A DNA stretch of 64,000 nt from Armatimonadota bacterium (GTDB taxonomy: Bacteria; Armatimonadota; UBA5829; DTJY01). Position numbers and translations under genes: made by a program. Where the stretch lies: NCBI GenBank assembly GCA_029907255.1, contig JARYMF010000006.1, forward strand, positions 70,426 through 134,425, in the 5' to 3' direction. Shown here piece after piece: positions 11,502 through 22,833 of this stretch (position 1 is its first letter; each line of letters opens with the position of its first letter). The notes under the pieces were generated by a model, which saw only the letters and a list, made by a program, of their open reading frames with translations, was not told where the DNA came from and ran no database searches.

Positions 11502-12898
11502 TGTTCATCTCCTATTTCAACAGCCTTTGCCGCTCGGAATTCTTGATACCAAGGTGGCGGATGGTACCTAGCATTAAGCACGTGACGCACCGGTCCAAGT
11601 CCCCAGATGCCGCGGAATAGTTTCTCGCGCTCAAGAAAGAAACGGTCCGCCGCAGCTCGGCGTTCCTCATTCCATTCTTTACCCGCCAACACCTCGGCGT
11701 TAGCCTCAAAGATTCGCAGTTTGGCTTCCCATTGATCTAGCCGCCAGCTCGAGCGCGCTTTCCTTGCAAGCTTATCGAACTCCTTGCGAGCCTTTTTAAC
11801 ATCACGAGTGAATGGTTCACCCCAATCTGCCAACCAACAAGCCCATTCATTTTTATCCTGCCCCTTTGCATCAAAGTACCTTTCCGCGTACTCAGCGAGG
11901 ACTGCTTTCGCATCCGACGCTTTCCCAGATGAAAGTGCGCCAAGAAGAGCTTTGTTTACATCGTCAAGGCAGCCTTCTGAATATGCTTGGAATCCGGTGC
12001 ATCCAATGCCCTTAAGTTCATACACAGTTCTAGAAAGACGATTTGCAGCAATCACCGGCCCCCAAGCTCCGTAGACATCCCTCGGGCTTGCTTTTTCAGC
12101 ATATCCAATGTGGACAAACGCATGAAGCTCACATCCCTCGGGCAACACAAATTCAGGGTTTGGACGGGTTTCGCCGTAGAGGATGTGTTCTGCCAATGAC
12201 ACAAACCGCCCTCTCTGCTCGCGGTCGGCCCATTCTTTAAAAATCTTATGTTCTTCCGCTGTCCACCACCAACCGATTAACCTCATCTGAATCCCTGGAA
12301 AATATTCTCGTGCAATTCCATGGATTTCCACCATAAGTCTTCCGAAAGTCAGTATCCAAGGGCTACATTCAGGGCAGGAGCACCCACCGTAATCAAACGG
12401 ACAGCCTGAGATAGAGTCCAAGCTAACCCCCTTTGACTTCAGGTCCTTAAAAAGGTTACGGTGGTTATTCAAGATAATCTCTCGGCCCTTCGGCTTCGAA
12501 GGACATATCAGTTGGCCGCCAAAAAGCCTTTTGTCCTTTCTGTCGGCAGCGATTTCTGGTGAAACTTGGTTGAGGTAGACATGATTTGGGGTGATGACTA
12601 GGTTGGTTTGAAAGCCAAGTTTTTCTGCAATGCGATAAAACTCTTGTTTCCGTTCCCAGAGCACTTGGGGCAGGAGATATTCTCTTCTGGGATTGTCGTG
12701 TGGGTCCTTCAAGTCGGCAGCGTCAAGCCAGTCACCATACGAGTTAAAACCCCAATATTTCGCCTCACGAAGCATCTCTTCGGCCTCATAAGGAGCCATT
12801 ACTTCGTACCAGTTTCCAAAATGGCCAGGCGCATAAAGCTCCCGATATGCTAGCTCACTCATCAGACTTTTCCTTCTTTGTCTTTTCGCGGCAAGCAA
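11498..12898 (-). CDS. hypothetical protein with Cys cluster (CPFDYGGCSCPEC)
   Basis: 466 aa with no transmembrane segment. It is translationally coupled (ATGA overlap) to the downstream dehydrogenase gene. No family could be recognised by eye. Confidence 0.45.
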   Translation of the reverse strand: MLAAKRQRRKSLMSELAYRELYAPGHFGNWYEVMAPYEAEEMLREAKYWGFNSYGDWLDAADLKDPHDNPRREYLLPQVLWERKQEFYRIAEKLGFQTNLVITPNHVYLNQVSPEIAADRKDKRLFGGQLICPSKPKGREIILNNHRNLFKDLKSKGVSLDSISGCPFDYGGCSCPECSPWILTFGRLMVEIHGIAREYFPGIQMRLIGWWWTAEEHKIFKEWADREQRGRFVSLAEHILYGETRPNPEFVLPEGCELHAFVHIGYAEKASPRDVYGAWGPVIAANRLSRTVYELKGIGCTGFQAYSEGCLDDVNKALLGALSSGKASDAKAVLAEYAERYFDAKGQDKNEWACWLADWGEPFTRDVKKARKEFDKLARKARSSWRLDQWEAKLRIFEANAEVLAGKEWNEERRAAADRFFLEREKLFRGIWGLGPVRHVLNARYHPPPWYQEFRAAKAVEIGDEQ

Positions 12899-12937
12899 AT
12901 TGCATTGGCAAATGAACTTAAAACAGCCAATGCTTTC

Positions 12938-13408
12938 CTATCTGTTATTCGTCGGAGCAATGCCTGTGTGGCCAAAGCCAGCGTCGCTGCGCTCAGTTTC
13001 AGGCAGAAATTCTGATTCGACAAGGACGGCCTTCGCAACTGGTGCAATCACAAGCTGAGCAATGCGGTCTCCCCGATGGATAGTAAATGGTTCATCGCCA
13101 AAGTTGATTAAAATTACTTGGATAGGCCCTCGGTAATCAGAATCAATCGTGCCAGGAGAATTAACACAACCAATGCCATGTCTTAGCGCCAAGCCGCTTC
13201 TTGGGCGTATTTGCCCTTCAAAACCTTCGGGGATTGCTATTCGTATACCAGCTGAAATGAGCTTGCGCTCGCCTGGATTGAGGATTGTATCGTTTTCCAC
13301 TGCCGCATGAAGGTCAATGCCAGCGGCTCCAGCAGTTGCATAATCAGGGAGAGGAAGGTCCTCGGCACCAGGTAGCTTTTGGATGAGAACTTTTACCGTT
13401 ACTTGAGC
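12938..13408 (-). CDS. dut: dUTP diphosphatase
   Basis: Taking the start at MAQVTVKVL, the protein aligns with E. coli Dut (PLPDYATAGAAGIDLHAA, RSGLALRHGI, IDSDYRG). The track ORF extends 16 codons further upstream. Confidence 0.85.
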   Translation of the reverse strand, partial: AQVTVKVLIQKLPGAEDLPLPDYATAGAAGIDLHAAVENDTILNPGERKLISAGIRIAIPEGFEGQIRPRSGLALRHGIGCVNSPGTIDSDYRGPIQVILINFGDEPFTIHRGDRIAQLVIAPVAKAVLVESEFLPETERSDAGFGHTGIAPTNNR

Positions 13409-13452
13409 CATTTCAGGAAACACCTTTGCATAATCTCGCTGCGATTTGAGAC

Positions 13453-15174
13453 TCAAGCTACGGCCTCTTTCTCTTTCGTTTCTTCCTCTTCCTCAGACGG
13501 AGGCGTTATCGGCAAAGTGAACGTAAACGTCGAGCCTTTCCCTAACTCACTTTCAACCCAAATCTTGCCGCCATGCGCCTCAACAAGGTGCTTCACAAGG
13601 TAGAGACCTATTCCAGTACCGCCAACTTCACGCGTATCCCGATTGTCAACGCGATGGAATCGCTCAAACACTTTTGGTAGGTGGTCCTTAGGAATTCCCA
13701 TTCCCTGGTCGGCAACGCTTATTGTAACCATACCGTCTTTTGATGTACCGGTTATGGTAATTTGACCACCCTTTGGTGAATACTTGATTGCGTTGTTTGT
13801 TAGGTTGGTCAAAATTTGGTCGACTTTGTCTTCATCGGCAGTGATTTCTGGCAGGTCATCGAGCTCTATCTTGAAGGTATGTTTATTTGTGTATGATTTT
13901 TGGACGGTGACAACCTTTTCGATTAGGTTTGGCAAGTTGACAGGCTTAAGGTTGAGTTCCAACGCTCGGCCAGCTTCGATTCTAGAAACGTTCAGCAAGT
14001 CGCTAATTAATCTGGTTAGGCGGTCACACTCCGTGTCAATGATTGTGTAGAACTCACGCTGGGTATCGCGGTCGTAATAACCCTCTTCATCCATCAAGAG
14101 CGTTGAAATGAAGCCTTTAATCGAAGTCAGAGGAGTTCGAAGCTCATGGGAAACGGTTGATACAAACGCCGTTTTCATTCGCTCAACATTTCGGATTTCT
14201 GTAATATCATTAAAGATTGCAACGACGCCTATTGGTTGCTGCTCCTCGCCCTTAACAAGTGCCGTTTGTACTTGATAAATCCTCTCGCTCTCGTCTATAC
14301 GAAGCGAGATTTCGCTTGCGACTTCTGTATTTTCCGTTAAGCATTGGACAAGTATGTCTTTTACCTTTGGCTCGCCTATTACCTCATAATACATTTTGCC
14401 AAGAACATCTTTACCCTGCGCACCAAACATTGACCGCGCAGAGGCATTCATCTGAGTGATTCTGCCATCCTTGTTTACCATTAACAAGCCTGCGTATACA
14501 CTCTCGATTATGTGTTCAAGGTCTTCCTTCTCCGCGACAAATTCGCGATATATCTGGGCATTCAGAATTACCGCAGTAGCGTTCTTTGCATAGCGTTGAA
14601 GCAGGCGGACGTCTTCCTCGGTGAAAATGTTTCCATAGCGCTGGTTGAAAACATGAAGAACACCAATAGTGGTACTCTCAATCACGCGCCCCTCTTCATC
14701 GCGTTTTTCAGAAATCAAGGGCACGCAAACACCGTTGCGAACATGGAGAAGAGCAACATTATCCTTGTATGTGCGTTCGTCATTCAACGCATCGTGTATT
14801 ATGATTGGCTTGCCAGTTCGGAATACCTCGCCCGAAACGCCCTGTGTGGCACGGACTCTGAATGCCTTTATCTCTTCATCGGTCAACCCATAGGCAGGTT
14901 TAGTAGCTACAAGTTCACCGCTTTCTTTGTCAAAAAGCATAAACACACACTTTTCGGCGTAGAGAATCTCAGCTGTCTTGCGTACGAACCTTTTAAGGGT
15001 CTCCTCAATTTCAGTTATTGGAATCGGCTCACCGCTAGGCTCGGAGAGGCTTCGAATTTTTTGCTCTAGCTCTCTTTTCGCCTTTTCAAGGGTTGCTATA
15101 TATTGCTTGCTCTCCTCTAACTCTTTTTGGAGTTCTTCAACCCTGGCGAGCAACGCCTCGTTACTGTCGAACAT
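13453..15174 (-). CDS. cytoplasmic sensor histidine kinase (coiled coil - GAF - PAS - HisKA - HATPase_c)
   Basis: 573 aa with the H-box [12 protein letters not shown] and the N/G1/G2 boxes ([23 protein letters not shown]). No transmembrane segment is present. Confidence 0.8.
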   Translation of the reverse strand: MFDSNEALLARVEELQKELEESKQYIATLEKAKRELEQKIRSLSEPSGEPIPITEIEETLKRFVRKTAEILYAEKCVFMLFDKESGELVATKPAYGLTDEEIKAFRVRATQGVSGEVFRTGKPIIIHDALNDERTYKDNVALLHVRNGVCVPLISEKRDEEGRVIESTTIGVLHVFNQRYGNIFTEEDVRLLQRYAKNATAVILNAQIYREFVAEKEDLEHIIESVYAGLLMVNKDGRITQMNASARSMFGAQGKDVLGKMYYEVIGEPKVKDILVQCLTENTEVASEISLRIDESERIYQVQTALVKGEEQQPIGVVAIFNDITEIRNVERMKTAFVSTVSHELRTPLTSIKGFISTLLMDEEGYYDRDTQREFYTIIDTECDRLTRLISDLLNVSRIEAGRALELNLKPVNLPNLIEKVVTVQKSYTNKHTFKIELDDLPEITADEDKVDQILTNLTNNAIKYSPKGGQITITGTSKDGMVTISVADQGMGIPKDHLPKVFERFHRVDNRDTREVGGTGIGLYLVKHLVEAHGGKIWVESELGKGSTFTFTLPITPPSEEEEETKEKEAVA

Positions 15175-15507
15175 CCGAGTGCTATCACCTTTCCATTCTG
15201 GTATCTGCTAATTGAGCGTAAGTTAGTCATCACACCAAAGCATTATAACATAATGGTGCTGTCATCGTCAACTTGCTATTGTACTTCTGCCAAACGAAAT
15301 ATGTGGCTATCTATTATTCATACCCTGCCCAAAGCGTGCCGTTTTTATGATTGACATTTTGGAACAAAAGTTCCATTGGAATTGTCTAAAACAGGGTAAT
15401 CCCGATTCATTTGTCATTGCCTATAAAAATTATTGCCACAAGGAGGATTTGAAATAGGCAATGTAGAAATATTTTTAGCTACAAACTTTCGAAAGCGAGG
15501 GTAAAGC

Positions 15508-16182
15508 ATGGCATTTAGAACAAGGGTATTCATATGTATTCCTATCATAGTAGCCCTGGTTATATCCGCGTCATTCGCCTATGCAGCGGAGGTAAAAGAG
15601 CTTCAGCTGGCAGGAATCCGGCTAGGCAGATCGGCGCTGAGCATAATCCAGAAGTACGGCAATCCTACAGAAATAAGGGTTGGGTCTACAAGACAAGCAG
15701 CAACAGACACAGGGGCCGGCAGTCCATTCGGTACCGCCGAAGGCCCGCCTCCAGGCATGGGTGGGGCATCAAACCCCTTTGCGGCGCTTGAAGGTCCTCC
15801 TCCATCAGCAGGCGGTTCTTCGGCACCGGAGCAATCATCGCCTTTCCAAGGCTCAGCCGGAGGCAAAGCAAACAAGCAGTCAGCTCCCGAGGTTACATGG
15901 ATCTATCGGTTTCCCAAGAATCATACCCTCGAGTTCATCATCAACCCTGATGGCATAGTAATCCAGATTGCCGCTTTCGGCGTGGATTGGCCTGGCATAG
16001 GAACTTCGAAGGGTATTAAGCTCGGAAGCACTTATAAGGACGTTATCATGAAATACGGCTACCCAGAGTCCCACCAGAAGTCCGGAATGCAAATGGTCAC
16101 AAAATACATTGAAAAGAATAGGGTAGCATTTACATTCTTGGGCAAGACAGTTGTAGGCATCACAATTGCGCTTTGGGACTAG
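15508..16182 (+). CDS. secreted hypothetical protein with Gly/Pro-rich low-complexity linker
   Basis: 224 aa with the signal peptide MAFRTRVFICIPIIVALVISASFAYA. Confidence 0.5.
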   Translation: MAFRTRVFICIPIIVALVISASFAYAAEVKELQLAGIRLGRSALSIIQKYGNPTEIRVGSTRQAATDTGAGSPFGTAEGPPPGMGGASNPFAALEGPPPSAGGSSAPEQSSPFQGSAGGKANKQSAPEVTWIYRFPKNHTLEFIINPDGIVIQIAAFGVDWPGIGTSKGIKLGSTYKDVIMKYGYPESHQKSGMQMVTKYIEKNRVAFTFLGKTVVGITIALWD

Positions 16183-18038
16183 TGCCGTTAACCGAGCGGG
16201 GGTTGCTCTGTGTGGCTAGCGCGCGCGACGCCATTGATGAGATTCGGACAAGGCTCAGTATTCTTGACGTCGTATCGGACTATGTTACTCTGAAGCGCGT
16301 CGGGAAAAATCACGTCGGGCTCTGCCCATTCCATGCCGAAAAAACACCTTCTTTTACGGTCAGCGAGCAATTTCAAACATGGCATTGTTTTGGCTGTGGC
16401 GAGCACGGCGATATTTTCTCATTTGTGATGAAGGCGGAGAGCCTCACTTTCCCAGAAGCCCTTGAACGATTGGCAAAACGCGCGGGAGTAGAGCTTGAGC
16501 GCCTTCAAAAACGACATTCAAGCCGCAGAGATGCCCTTAGGGAAATAAACGAAATAGCGGCCTCCTATTATCGGGAGTTGCTAAAACGAACACCAATCGC
16601 TATTGAATATCTTCGAAGGCGCGGGCTTGCCGATCAAACTATCGAGCAGTTTAAGCTCGGATACGCCGCAGCTGCTTGGGATGGCTTGGTCTCTTACCTG
16701 ACCAAAAAAGGCGTGAACTTAGCTTATGCGGCAGAGGCAGGCCTTCTTATCAAAAGCGATCGTGACGGCGGATATTATGACCGTTTTAGGCATAGGATTA
16801 TTTTTCCGATCTTTGACATACACGAACAGACAATCGGCTTCGGCGGTCGGGCCATCGCCTCCGACGACCAACCAAAATATCTAAATTCGCCGGAGACGCC
16901 GCTTTTTAACAAAACAAGAGCGCTTTATGGTCTCAATTTTGCACGTAAAAAGATCGCAGAGCTTGACCAAGCGATTGTTGTTGAAGGCTATACAGACGTC
17001 ATTGCCTGCCACCAAGCAGGTTTCGAGAACTGTGTAGCCACGTTAGGAACGGCGCTCACTAGGGAACATATTAATGTACTACTACGCTATACAAAGCGGG
17101 TAGTGTTAGCTTACGACGCCGATTCTGCGGGAATTTCGGCGGCAATTAGAGGCGCTTCCATGTTTGAAGAAGCTGGGTGCGATGTACGAATAGCCCGACT
17201 TCCGGGCGGCGACGACCCAGATAGTGTGCTTAGGAAAGGGCTTGTAACCGAGTTTGCCGCCGCAATTTCAGATGCGCTGCCAATTATAGATTACAGGCTT
17301 GCGATACTAATGGAGAGCCATGATCTGTCATCTTATACAGGTAGAGCAGAAATGCTCAAACAGGCTGTAAGGATCTTGGCTGAGATTCCCACTAGTATCG
17401 AACGTGAAAAGCATATTAGAAAGCTCGCAAGGTATCATCCGAACTTTGAGACGGGTACAACTAGAGCAGAGGAACACCTAAGGCAGGATATTGAACTAAT
17501 AGCGCGAAGGCGGCAGAGCATAAAAGGAATAAAAACGCCTATCAATCAATGGTCGAAACCTAAAACAGCCGTTGAGAAGGCTGAAATTTCAATCTTAAGA
17601 ACACTAATTCGCAACGAGGAGGGAGCGCAACTTATTGTAGAAGCGCTATCAGAAAATGATTTCTCAAACGACCTAACCCGCACAGCGGCAAAAGCGGCGT
17701 TCGAAGCCGTTAGGGAAAATGGAGTGGTCGAGCTAAACAAGATAATAGGATCAGTTACAGCTGAAGTCGGCAGATTTCTAAGCGAGCTTGCATTGCGGGA
17801 GGACATGCCGCCACTTAATGAAAAAGGTTTGCAGGATTGTATCGAATTGATAAAGAAATCAAAACTTAGGAAAATGAGAACTTCGGACATTCTTGCACCG
17901 TATATGAAAGATGGTATAATAGATGCTTCAAAGGATTTGCACGAAGCAGCAATCAGACAAGCTATCGAATTATTTAGAGAAACCGGAAAAGTAGATCCAA
18001 AAGCTGGTCCTAAAGGGATGAACGAAAGTGACAGTTGA
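16173..18038 (+). CDS. dnaG: DNA primase
   Basis: CHC2 zinc finger [13 protein letters not shown]...CFGCGEHGD, Toprim EGYTDV and DnaB-binding C-terminus. The start codon is uncertain: TTG 16173, GTG 16182 or GTG 16212. Confidence 0.9.
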   Translation: MGLVPLTERGLLCVASARDAIDEIRTRLSILDVVSDYVTLKRVGKNHVGLCPFHAEKTPSFTVSEQFQTWHCFGCGEHGDIFSFVMKAESLTFPEALERLAKRAGVELERLQKRHSSRRDALREINEIAASYYRELLKRTPIAIEYLRRRGLADQTIEQFKLGYAAAAWDGLVSYLTKKGVNLAYAAEAGLLIKSDRDGGYYDRFRHRIIFPIFDIHEQTIGFGGRAIASDDQPKYLNSPETPLFNKTRALYGLNFARKKIAELDQAIVVEGYTDVIACHQAGFENCVATLGTALTREHINVLLRYTKRVVLAYDADSAGISAAIRGASMFEEAGCDVRIARLPGGDDPDSVLRKGLVTEFAAAISDALPIIDYRLAILMESHDLSSYTGRAEMLKQAVRILAEIPTSIEREKHIRKLARYHPNFETGTTRAEEHLRQDIELIARRRQSIKGIKTPINQWSKPKTAVEKAEISILRTLIRNEEGAQLIVEALSENDFSNDLTRTAAKAAFEAVRENGVVELNKIIGSVTAEVGRFLSELALREDMPPLNEKGLQDCIELIKKSKLRKMRTSDILAPYMKDGIIDASKDLHEAAIRQAIELFRETGKVDPKAGPKGMNESDS

Positions 18039-19161
18039 AGATATTAAAGAAAACGCAGAAATACAAAAACTACTAAACGAAGGCAAACGTAAGGGCATAC
18101 TTACGTATGACGAGATCAGCGATACTCTGAGCCGCCAAGAAGATATTGATGCGGACCAGATAGACGATCTCCTGCAAACATTTGCCGATGAAGGAATTCA
18201 AGTAGTCGAGGAGATCAAAGATGCTGAACTCGTCGAGGAAGCCCCTGTGCCTGAGGAAGCACCCGTCCATGACATCGAGGTTCATGAAGAAGAACTCGCT
18301 GCCATGGAAGGACTTCCGCTTGACGACTCGGTTAGGATGTGGCTCCGCGAGATTGGTCGAACTCCGCTCCTAACAATGGAGGAAGAGGTTGCCCTCGCCA
18401 AAACAATAGCTGAAGGCGACGGCAAGACTCCGGAAGCTCAAAAAGCAAAGGAAAAGCTAATTCAAGCAAACCTGCGTCTTGTCGTAAGCATTGCAAAAAG
18501 ATACAGCGGTCGCGGGATGTCATTTCCTGACCTAATTCAAGAAGGGAACATCGGGCTTATTCGTGCAGTCGAGAAATTCGATTATAGGAAAGGCTATAAG
18601 TTCAGCACATATGCCACATGGTGGATTCGCCAGGCGATCACTCGTGCTATAGCGGACCAGGGTCGGACAATTCGAATCCCGGTGCATATGGTCGAGACGA
18701 TCAACCGCCTGATAAAGACATCAAGCCACCTTCTTCAAGAACTTGGCCGCGAGCCAACTTTGGAAGAGCTGGCTCGCGAAATGGACTTGCCGGTTGAGCG
18801 CGTTAGCGAAATTATGCGGATTGCACCTGAGCCTCTTTCGCTCGAAACACCAATTGGAGAGGAAGAGGATAGTCACCTTTCCGACTTTATTCAAGACCGT
18901 GATACCGTTTCGCCAGACGACGCCGCATCACATCAGCTCCTGCGCGAGCGGATTGTTGAGGTGCTATCAGAGCTAACTAGTCGAGAACGGGATGTACTGA
19001 GGATGCGTTTCGGACTGGACGACGGCTACCCCAGGACACTCGAGGAAGTTGGGCGGCACTTTCAGGTTACACGAGAGCGCATCCGCCAGATCGAAGCCAA
19101 GGCTCTTAAAAAGCTCCGCCACGCCAAGCGACGGAAAAAACTCGAAGAGTACCTGGCATAG
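18028..19161 (+). CDS. rpoD: RNA polymerase sigma factor, sigma-70 (SigA/RpoD)
   Basis: 377 aa with region 2.4 [14 protein letters not shown], region 3 and region 4.2 [27 protein letters not shown]. The dnaG-rpoD arrangement is the classic one. Confidence 0.9.
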   Translation: MTVEDIKENAEIQKLLNEGKRKGILTYDEISDTLSRQEDIDADQIDDLLQTFADEGIQVVEEIKDAELVEEAPVPEEAPVHDIEVHEEELAAMEGLPLDDSVRMWLREIGRTPLLTMEEEVALAKTIAEGDGKTPEAQKAKEKLIQANLRLVVSIAKRYSGRGMSFPDLIQEGNIGLIRAVEKFDYRKGYKFSTYATWWIRQAITRAIADQGRTIRIPVHMVETINRLIKTSSHLLQELGREPTLEELAREMDLPVERVSEIMRIAPEPLSLETPIGEEEDSHLSDFIQDRDTVSPDDAASHQLLRERIVEVLSELTSRERDVLRMRFGLDDGYPRTLEEVGRHFQVTRERIRQIEAKALKKLRHAKRRKKLEEYLA

Positions 19162-19199
19162 ACCTCGAGCCCATACTTCAACCTATTCCAAGTTAACCG

Positions 19200-19979
19200 A
19201 TGATTCTTACAATCGATGTTGGAAATACAAACATAATGTTGGGAGTCTACAAAGACTCCCAACTAATTGCAGATTGGCGTATTCGTACGCAACTTGGCAG
19301 GACAGCGGACGAATATGGAATGCTTCTTCGAGATTTATTTGAATATTCCAACATCCAATTTCAAGACATAACAGGTATAGCCATATCAAACGTCGTGCCG
19401 CCCACAATGTCGGACATGGTCGCAGCATGTCGGAAGTTCTTTAACATCGAACCCTTTGTAGTGGACCCATCGAAAGACATGGGAATTAAAATTAACTACG
19501 AACCAAAATCCGACGTTGGAGCGGATAGAATAGCCAACGCCATCGCAGCATATGCACTTTATGGCGGTCCAGCGATAGTTGTGGATTTAGGCACCGCAAC
19601 AACGCTAGACGCGGTTTCTGAAACGGGTGAATACTTGGGAGGTGTGATTGCGCCAGGAATTGGCATATCAACGGAGGCACTCCACCGCGCCGCTGCCCGA
19701 TTGCCAAGAATAGATTTAGTGACCCCGCCATCAGCAATAGGCACGACAACGGTCACCAGTATGCAAGCAGGAATATTATTCGGATTTGCTGGCCAGATTG
19801 ACGAGTTAGTTAACCGAGTGCAAAGCGAGCTGGGAGGAACTGCAAAAGTAATAGCGACAGGTGGATTGGCTGGTTTAATCGCGCCACTCAGTCGGACAAT
19901 AGAAATCATCAACCTCTTTCTCACATTAGAGGGTCTAAGAATCCTCTATGAAAGAGCAAAATTGGCAACCAAAGACTAG
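19200..19979 (+). CDS. coaX: type III pantothenate kinase
   Basis: MILTIDVGNTNIMLGVY and a conserved ASKHA fold of 259 aa. Confidence 0.85.
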   Translation: MILTIDVGNTNIMLGVYKDSQLIADWRIRTQLGRTADEYGMLLRDLFEYSNIQFQDITGIAISNVVPPTMSDMVAACRKFFNIEPFVVDPSKDMGIKINYEPKSDVGADRIANAIAAYALYGGPAIVVDLGTATTLDAVSETGEYLGGVIAPGIGISTEALHRAAARLPRIDLVTPPSAIGTTTVTSMQAGILFGFAGQIDELVNRVQSELGGTAKVIATGGLAGLIAPLSRTIEIINLFLTLEGLRILYERAKLATKD

Positions 19980-20115
19980 TAACGAGTAGCTAATAGATAC
20001 TGCTTTCAATCGGTACGCTATTTGTTACTCGTATTGTTTTCCGATAGGGGAGTAAGAATAGAAAACGAAAATCGAACGCAGGCCATCTGAAATCCGGCGA
20101 CAAACATTCCGAATT

Positions 20116-21060
20116 TTGCTTGACCCTCCCATCGTCCTCGCGCCGATGGCAGGAGTTACAAATCACGCATTCCGACTGATTTGCCGACGGCATGGTGCGG
20201 CGGCAGTCTGGACGGAAATGATAAGCAGTTATGGGCTCCGATACCGAAATTCGAAAACGCTGAGCATGTTCGACTGGACAAATGAAGAAAGGCCTGTAAT
20301 CGTTCAGATTTTTGGTGCAGACGCTGACACAATGGCATCAGCAGCCGCAATGGTTGAGGCTGCTGGGGCAGATGCAATAGATATCAACCTTGGATGTCCA
20401 GTTCGCAAGGTAGTGAGAACAGGAGCCGGGGCAGCTCTAATGCAAAACCTAGAAAAAGCGCGGGAGGTAATGTCAGCCGTCGTCCAAGCAGTAAGCATTC
20501 CGGTGACGGTAAAAACACGGAAAGGGCCAGATAACAAATATGTTACGGCCATCGAAGTTGCCAGGATAGCAGAAGAAGTCGGAATCGCTGCAGTGACAAT
20601 CCACGGTCGCACAGCAGCACAAGGTTATTCGGGAACGGCCGATTGGAATATTATAGCTGGTGTAAAAAAGGCTGTCCGCATCCCTGTTATCGGCAATGGC
20701 GATGTGAAAAGCCCTCAGGATGCAGTGCGCATGCTGACAGAGACGGGCTGTGATGCTGTGATGATAGGCAGGGCGGCACTGGGAAATCCCTGGATATTCA
20801 GTAGGACCGCACATTACATAGCTACCGGTGAAATCCCACCAGAACCATCTTGTGCAGAACGGATGGAGGTTGCCCGCGAGCATCTTCGCTTAATGACCGA
20901 GCTATACGGCGAGGAACGTGGAGTTAGAGAAATGCGAGGGCAACTAGCCTGGTACATAAAAGGTATTCCAGGGGCTTCCCACCTAAGACGAGCGGCCTCT
21001 TGCGCAACGACATTGGACGAAATGCTTGCCCTAACAGAAGAAGCTTGCAAACAAGCATGA
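20116..21060 (+). CDS. dus: tRNA-dihydrouridine synthase (DusB-like)
   Basis: LAPMAGVTNHAFR FMN-binding N-terminus, catalytic Cys in NLGCP, and 314 aa length. Confidence 0.85.
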   Translation: MLDPPIVLAPMAGVTNHAFRLICRRHGAAAVWTEMISSYGLRYRNSKTLSMFDWTNEERPVIVQIFGADADTMASAAAMVEAAGADAIDINLGCPVRKVVRTGAGAALMQNLEKAREVMSAVVQAVSIPVTVKTRKGPDNKYVTAIEVARIAEEVGIAAVTIHGRTAAQGYSGTADWNIIAGVKKAVRIPVIGNGDVKSPQDAVRMLTETGCDAVMIGRAALGNPWIFSRTAHYIATGEIPPEPSCAERMEVAREHLRLMTELYGEERGVREMRGQLAWYIKGIPGASHLRRAASCATTLDEMLALTEEACKQA

Positions 21061-21123
21061 AAAAAATAGACATTGATTTAAAACCTATGTCATAGTGAAA
21101 AATTAAGAAGCAAGGAAAGTAAA

Positions 21124-22203
21124 TTGGAAAAATTTGCCTTTGTAATCCATCCAATAGATGCGAAACGCGACGTTGCCCGTAAATATCCCATTGCCAAATT
21201 TCTGCCCGAAAGACTAGTCGAATGGGGTCTTAAGTTCAAGGAGCCAATGGTCCTTTCGCATATTACCGGCGTAAAATCGGCAACCGGAAAAGAAGCAGAA
21301 GGCTGGTTTATAGGTTGTCCGCTAACGCCGCGCCAAATGAGCACACTGCCGTTAGACTTTGTGTATGAGAAAATAATCAAGGCTGGACGACTTGCCGAGG
21401 AACAGGGAGCACGCATAATAGGGCTCGGAGCACATACTTCGGTTGTAGGCGATGGCGGAATAACTATCGCAAAAAATCTTAATATTGCAGTTACAACGGG
21501 AAATAGTTATACAATTGCGACCGGCATAGAAGGCGTACTCAGAGCAGCTGAGATTATGGATATTGACCCCTCAAAAGCAAAGGCGGCCGTCGTTGGCGCA
21601 GCAGGCTCCATTGGCCGAACCTGTGCTCGCATTCTCGCCCGCCGGATGCCAGAACTCGCACTGGTAGACCGTTCCCTCGAACCACTAAACAAGGTAGCAA
21701 CGGAAATCGCGGCAGAATCCGATTGTACTACCAAAGTGTTTACAGAGGTACATACGGGAATTCGAGATGCCGACATCATCATTACGGTCACCAGTGCTAT
21801 AAACGCTATAATTCACCCATCCGACCTCAAATCCGGCGCTGTTGTATGCGACATAGCCCGTCCCAGGGACGTTTCAGCAAGAGTTGCAAAGGAGCGCAAC
21901 GACGTTCTAGTTATTGAAGGAGGCGTTGTTGCCGTTCCCGGCGATGTTGATTTCCGTTTCAACTTTGGCTTCCCACCCAAAACAGCATACGCCTGCATGT
22001 CTGAGACAATGATTCTAGCCCTCGAAGGCCGCTACGAGAATTTCACACTTGGCAAGAATGTAAGCGTTGAACAAGTAACCGAGATTTCTGCGCTGGCGCA
22101 GAAACACGGATTCAAGCTTGCAGGCTTCCGAAGCTTCGAAAAGGCAGTCACCGACGAGCACATTGAGTTCATACGCGCTAATGCCCGACGGCAAAGGAGC
22201 TAG
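21124..22203 (+). CDS. AAR-family NAD(P)-dependent oxidoreductase (homologue of cyanobacterial acyl-ACP reductase)
   Basis: 359 aa. It is collinear with cyanobacterial AAR: HITGVKS/GLGAHTS, TTGNSYT, the Rossmann motif AAVVGAAGSIGRTCAR, and C-terminal LEGRYENFTLGKNVSVEQV...KHGF. No aldehyde-deformylating oxygenase gene is nearby. Confidence 0.5.
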   Translation: MEKFAFVIHPIDAKRDVARKYPIAKFLPERLVEWGLKFKEPMVLSHITGVKSATGKEAEGWFIGCPLTPRQMSTLPLDFVYEKIIKAGRLAEEQGARIIGLGAHTSVVGDGGITIAKNLNIAVTTGNSYTIATGIEGVLRAAEIMDIDPSKAKAAVVGAAGSIGRTCARILARRMPELALVDRSLEPLNKVATEIAAESDCTTKVFTEVHTGIRDADIIITVTSAINAIIHPSDLKSGAVVCDIARPRDVSARVAKERNDVLVIEGGVVAVPGDVDFRFNFGFPPKTAYACMSETMILALEGRYENFTLGKNVSVEQVTEISALAQKHGFKLAGFRSFEKAVTDEHIEFIRANARRQRS

Positions 22204-22310
22204 TCTTAGAGCAAGTGTGACTGCCTACCCCCTGCGTTTCAATGCTACCGTTGTCGGGTATAAGCTTTATGCCCGACGCAATAAGAGTGATTGTTGGAAG
22301 GAATCCTACG

Positions 22311-22775
22311 ATGCCTGCCATATCACGCAATAGAAGCGTCCTCTTCCGAATCCCCAGCGATGTAAGGTACGTTCCGATGGCTCGCAAGGGAATAGCGGCA
22401 ATTGCAGAAAGCATGGGCTTCCCGAACGAAGCAGTAAAGGATATCGAATTGTCGGTTTCAGAAGCGGTTACCAATGCCGTAAGTCATGGAAGTCCCAGAC
22501 AGGCAGACAACGCCGTTGTGATTATATGTGAGGTAACAGACGATGCCCTCACTATTGACATTCGCGACGAGGGCCATGGCTTCCAACCGGATTCCTGCTT
22601 GAAAAACGCAGAAAGTTTGCAGGAAAGCGGCAGGGGGTTGACGCTTATTTACAGTCTAATGGATTATGTTCAAGTTGCCAAGACTCGCAAAGGGTCGAGC
22701 GTACGAATGGTAAAGAAAAAAACATCCTCGCTTCAGAACCTGGCTACAGCAAACACCAAATGCAAACAGACATGA
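22311..22775 (+). CDS. RsbW/SpoIIAB-like anti-sigma factor serine kinase (HATPase_c)
   Basis: About 155 aa from the internal ATG, which has a GGAAGGA RBS. N-box SVSEAVTNAVSHG and G-box DEGHGF are present. No sigma factor or STAS partner is adjacent. Confidence 0.6.
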   Translation: MPAISRNRSVLFRIPSDVRYVPMARKGIAAIAESMGFPNEAVKDIELSVSEAVTNAVSHGSPRQADNAVVIICEVTDDALTIDIRDEGHGFQPDSCLKNAESLQESGRGLTLIYSLMDYVQVAKTRKGSSVRMVKKKTSSLQNLATANTKCKQT

Positions 22776-22816
22776 CGACGGCATCTCCCTACTGCAGGGA
22801 ATGATGCCGTCGTCTA
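22773..22816. terminator. 12-bp-stem hairpin between the rsbW-like gene (+) and KGG copy 1 (-)
   Basis: GACGACGGCATC...GATGCCGTCGTC with an inner sub-stem. There is no strong U-tract on either side. Confidence 0.35.
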
Positions 22817-22833
22817 TCTGGGTATGAAGGACG

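Noticed and set aside
15603-15958. Cluster of overlapping 60-92 aa ORFs on both strands
   Set aside because: They lie within the Gly/Pro-rich low-complexity part of the secreted protein gene 15508..16182 and are GC-skew artefacts.
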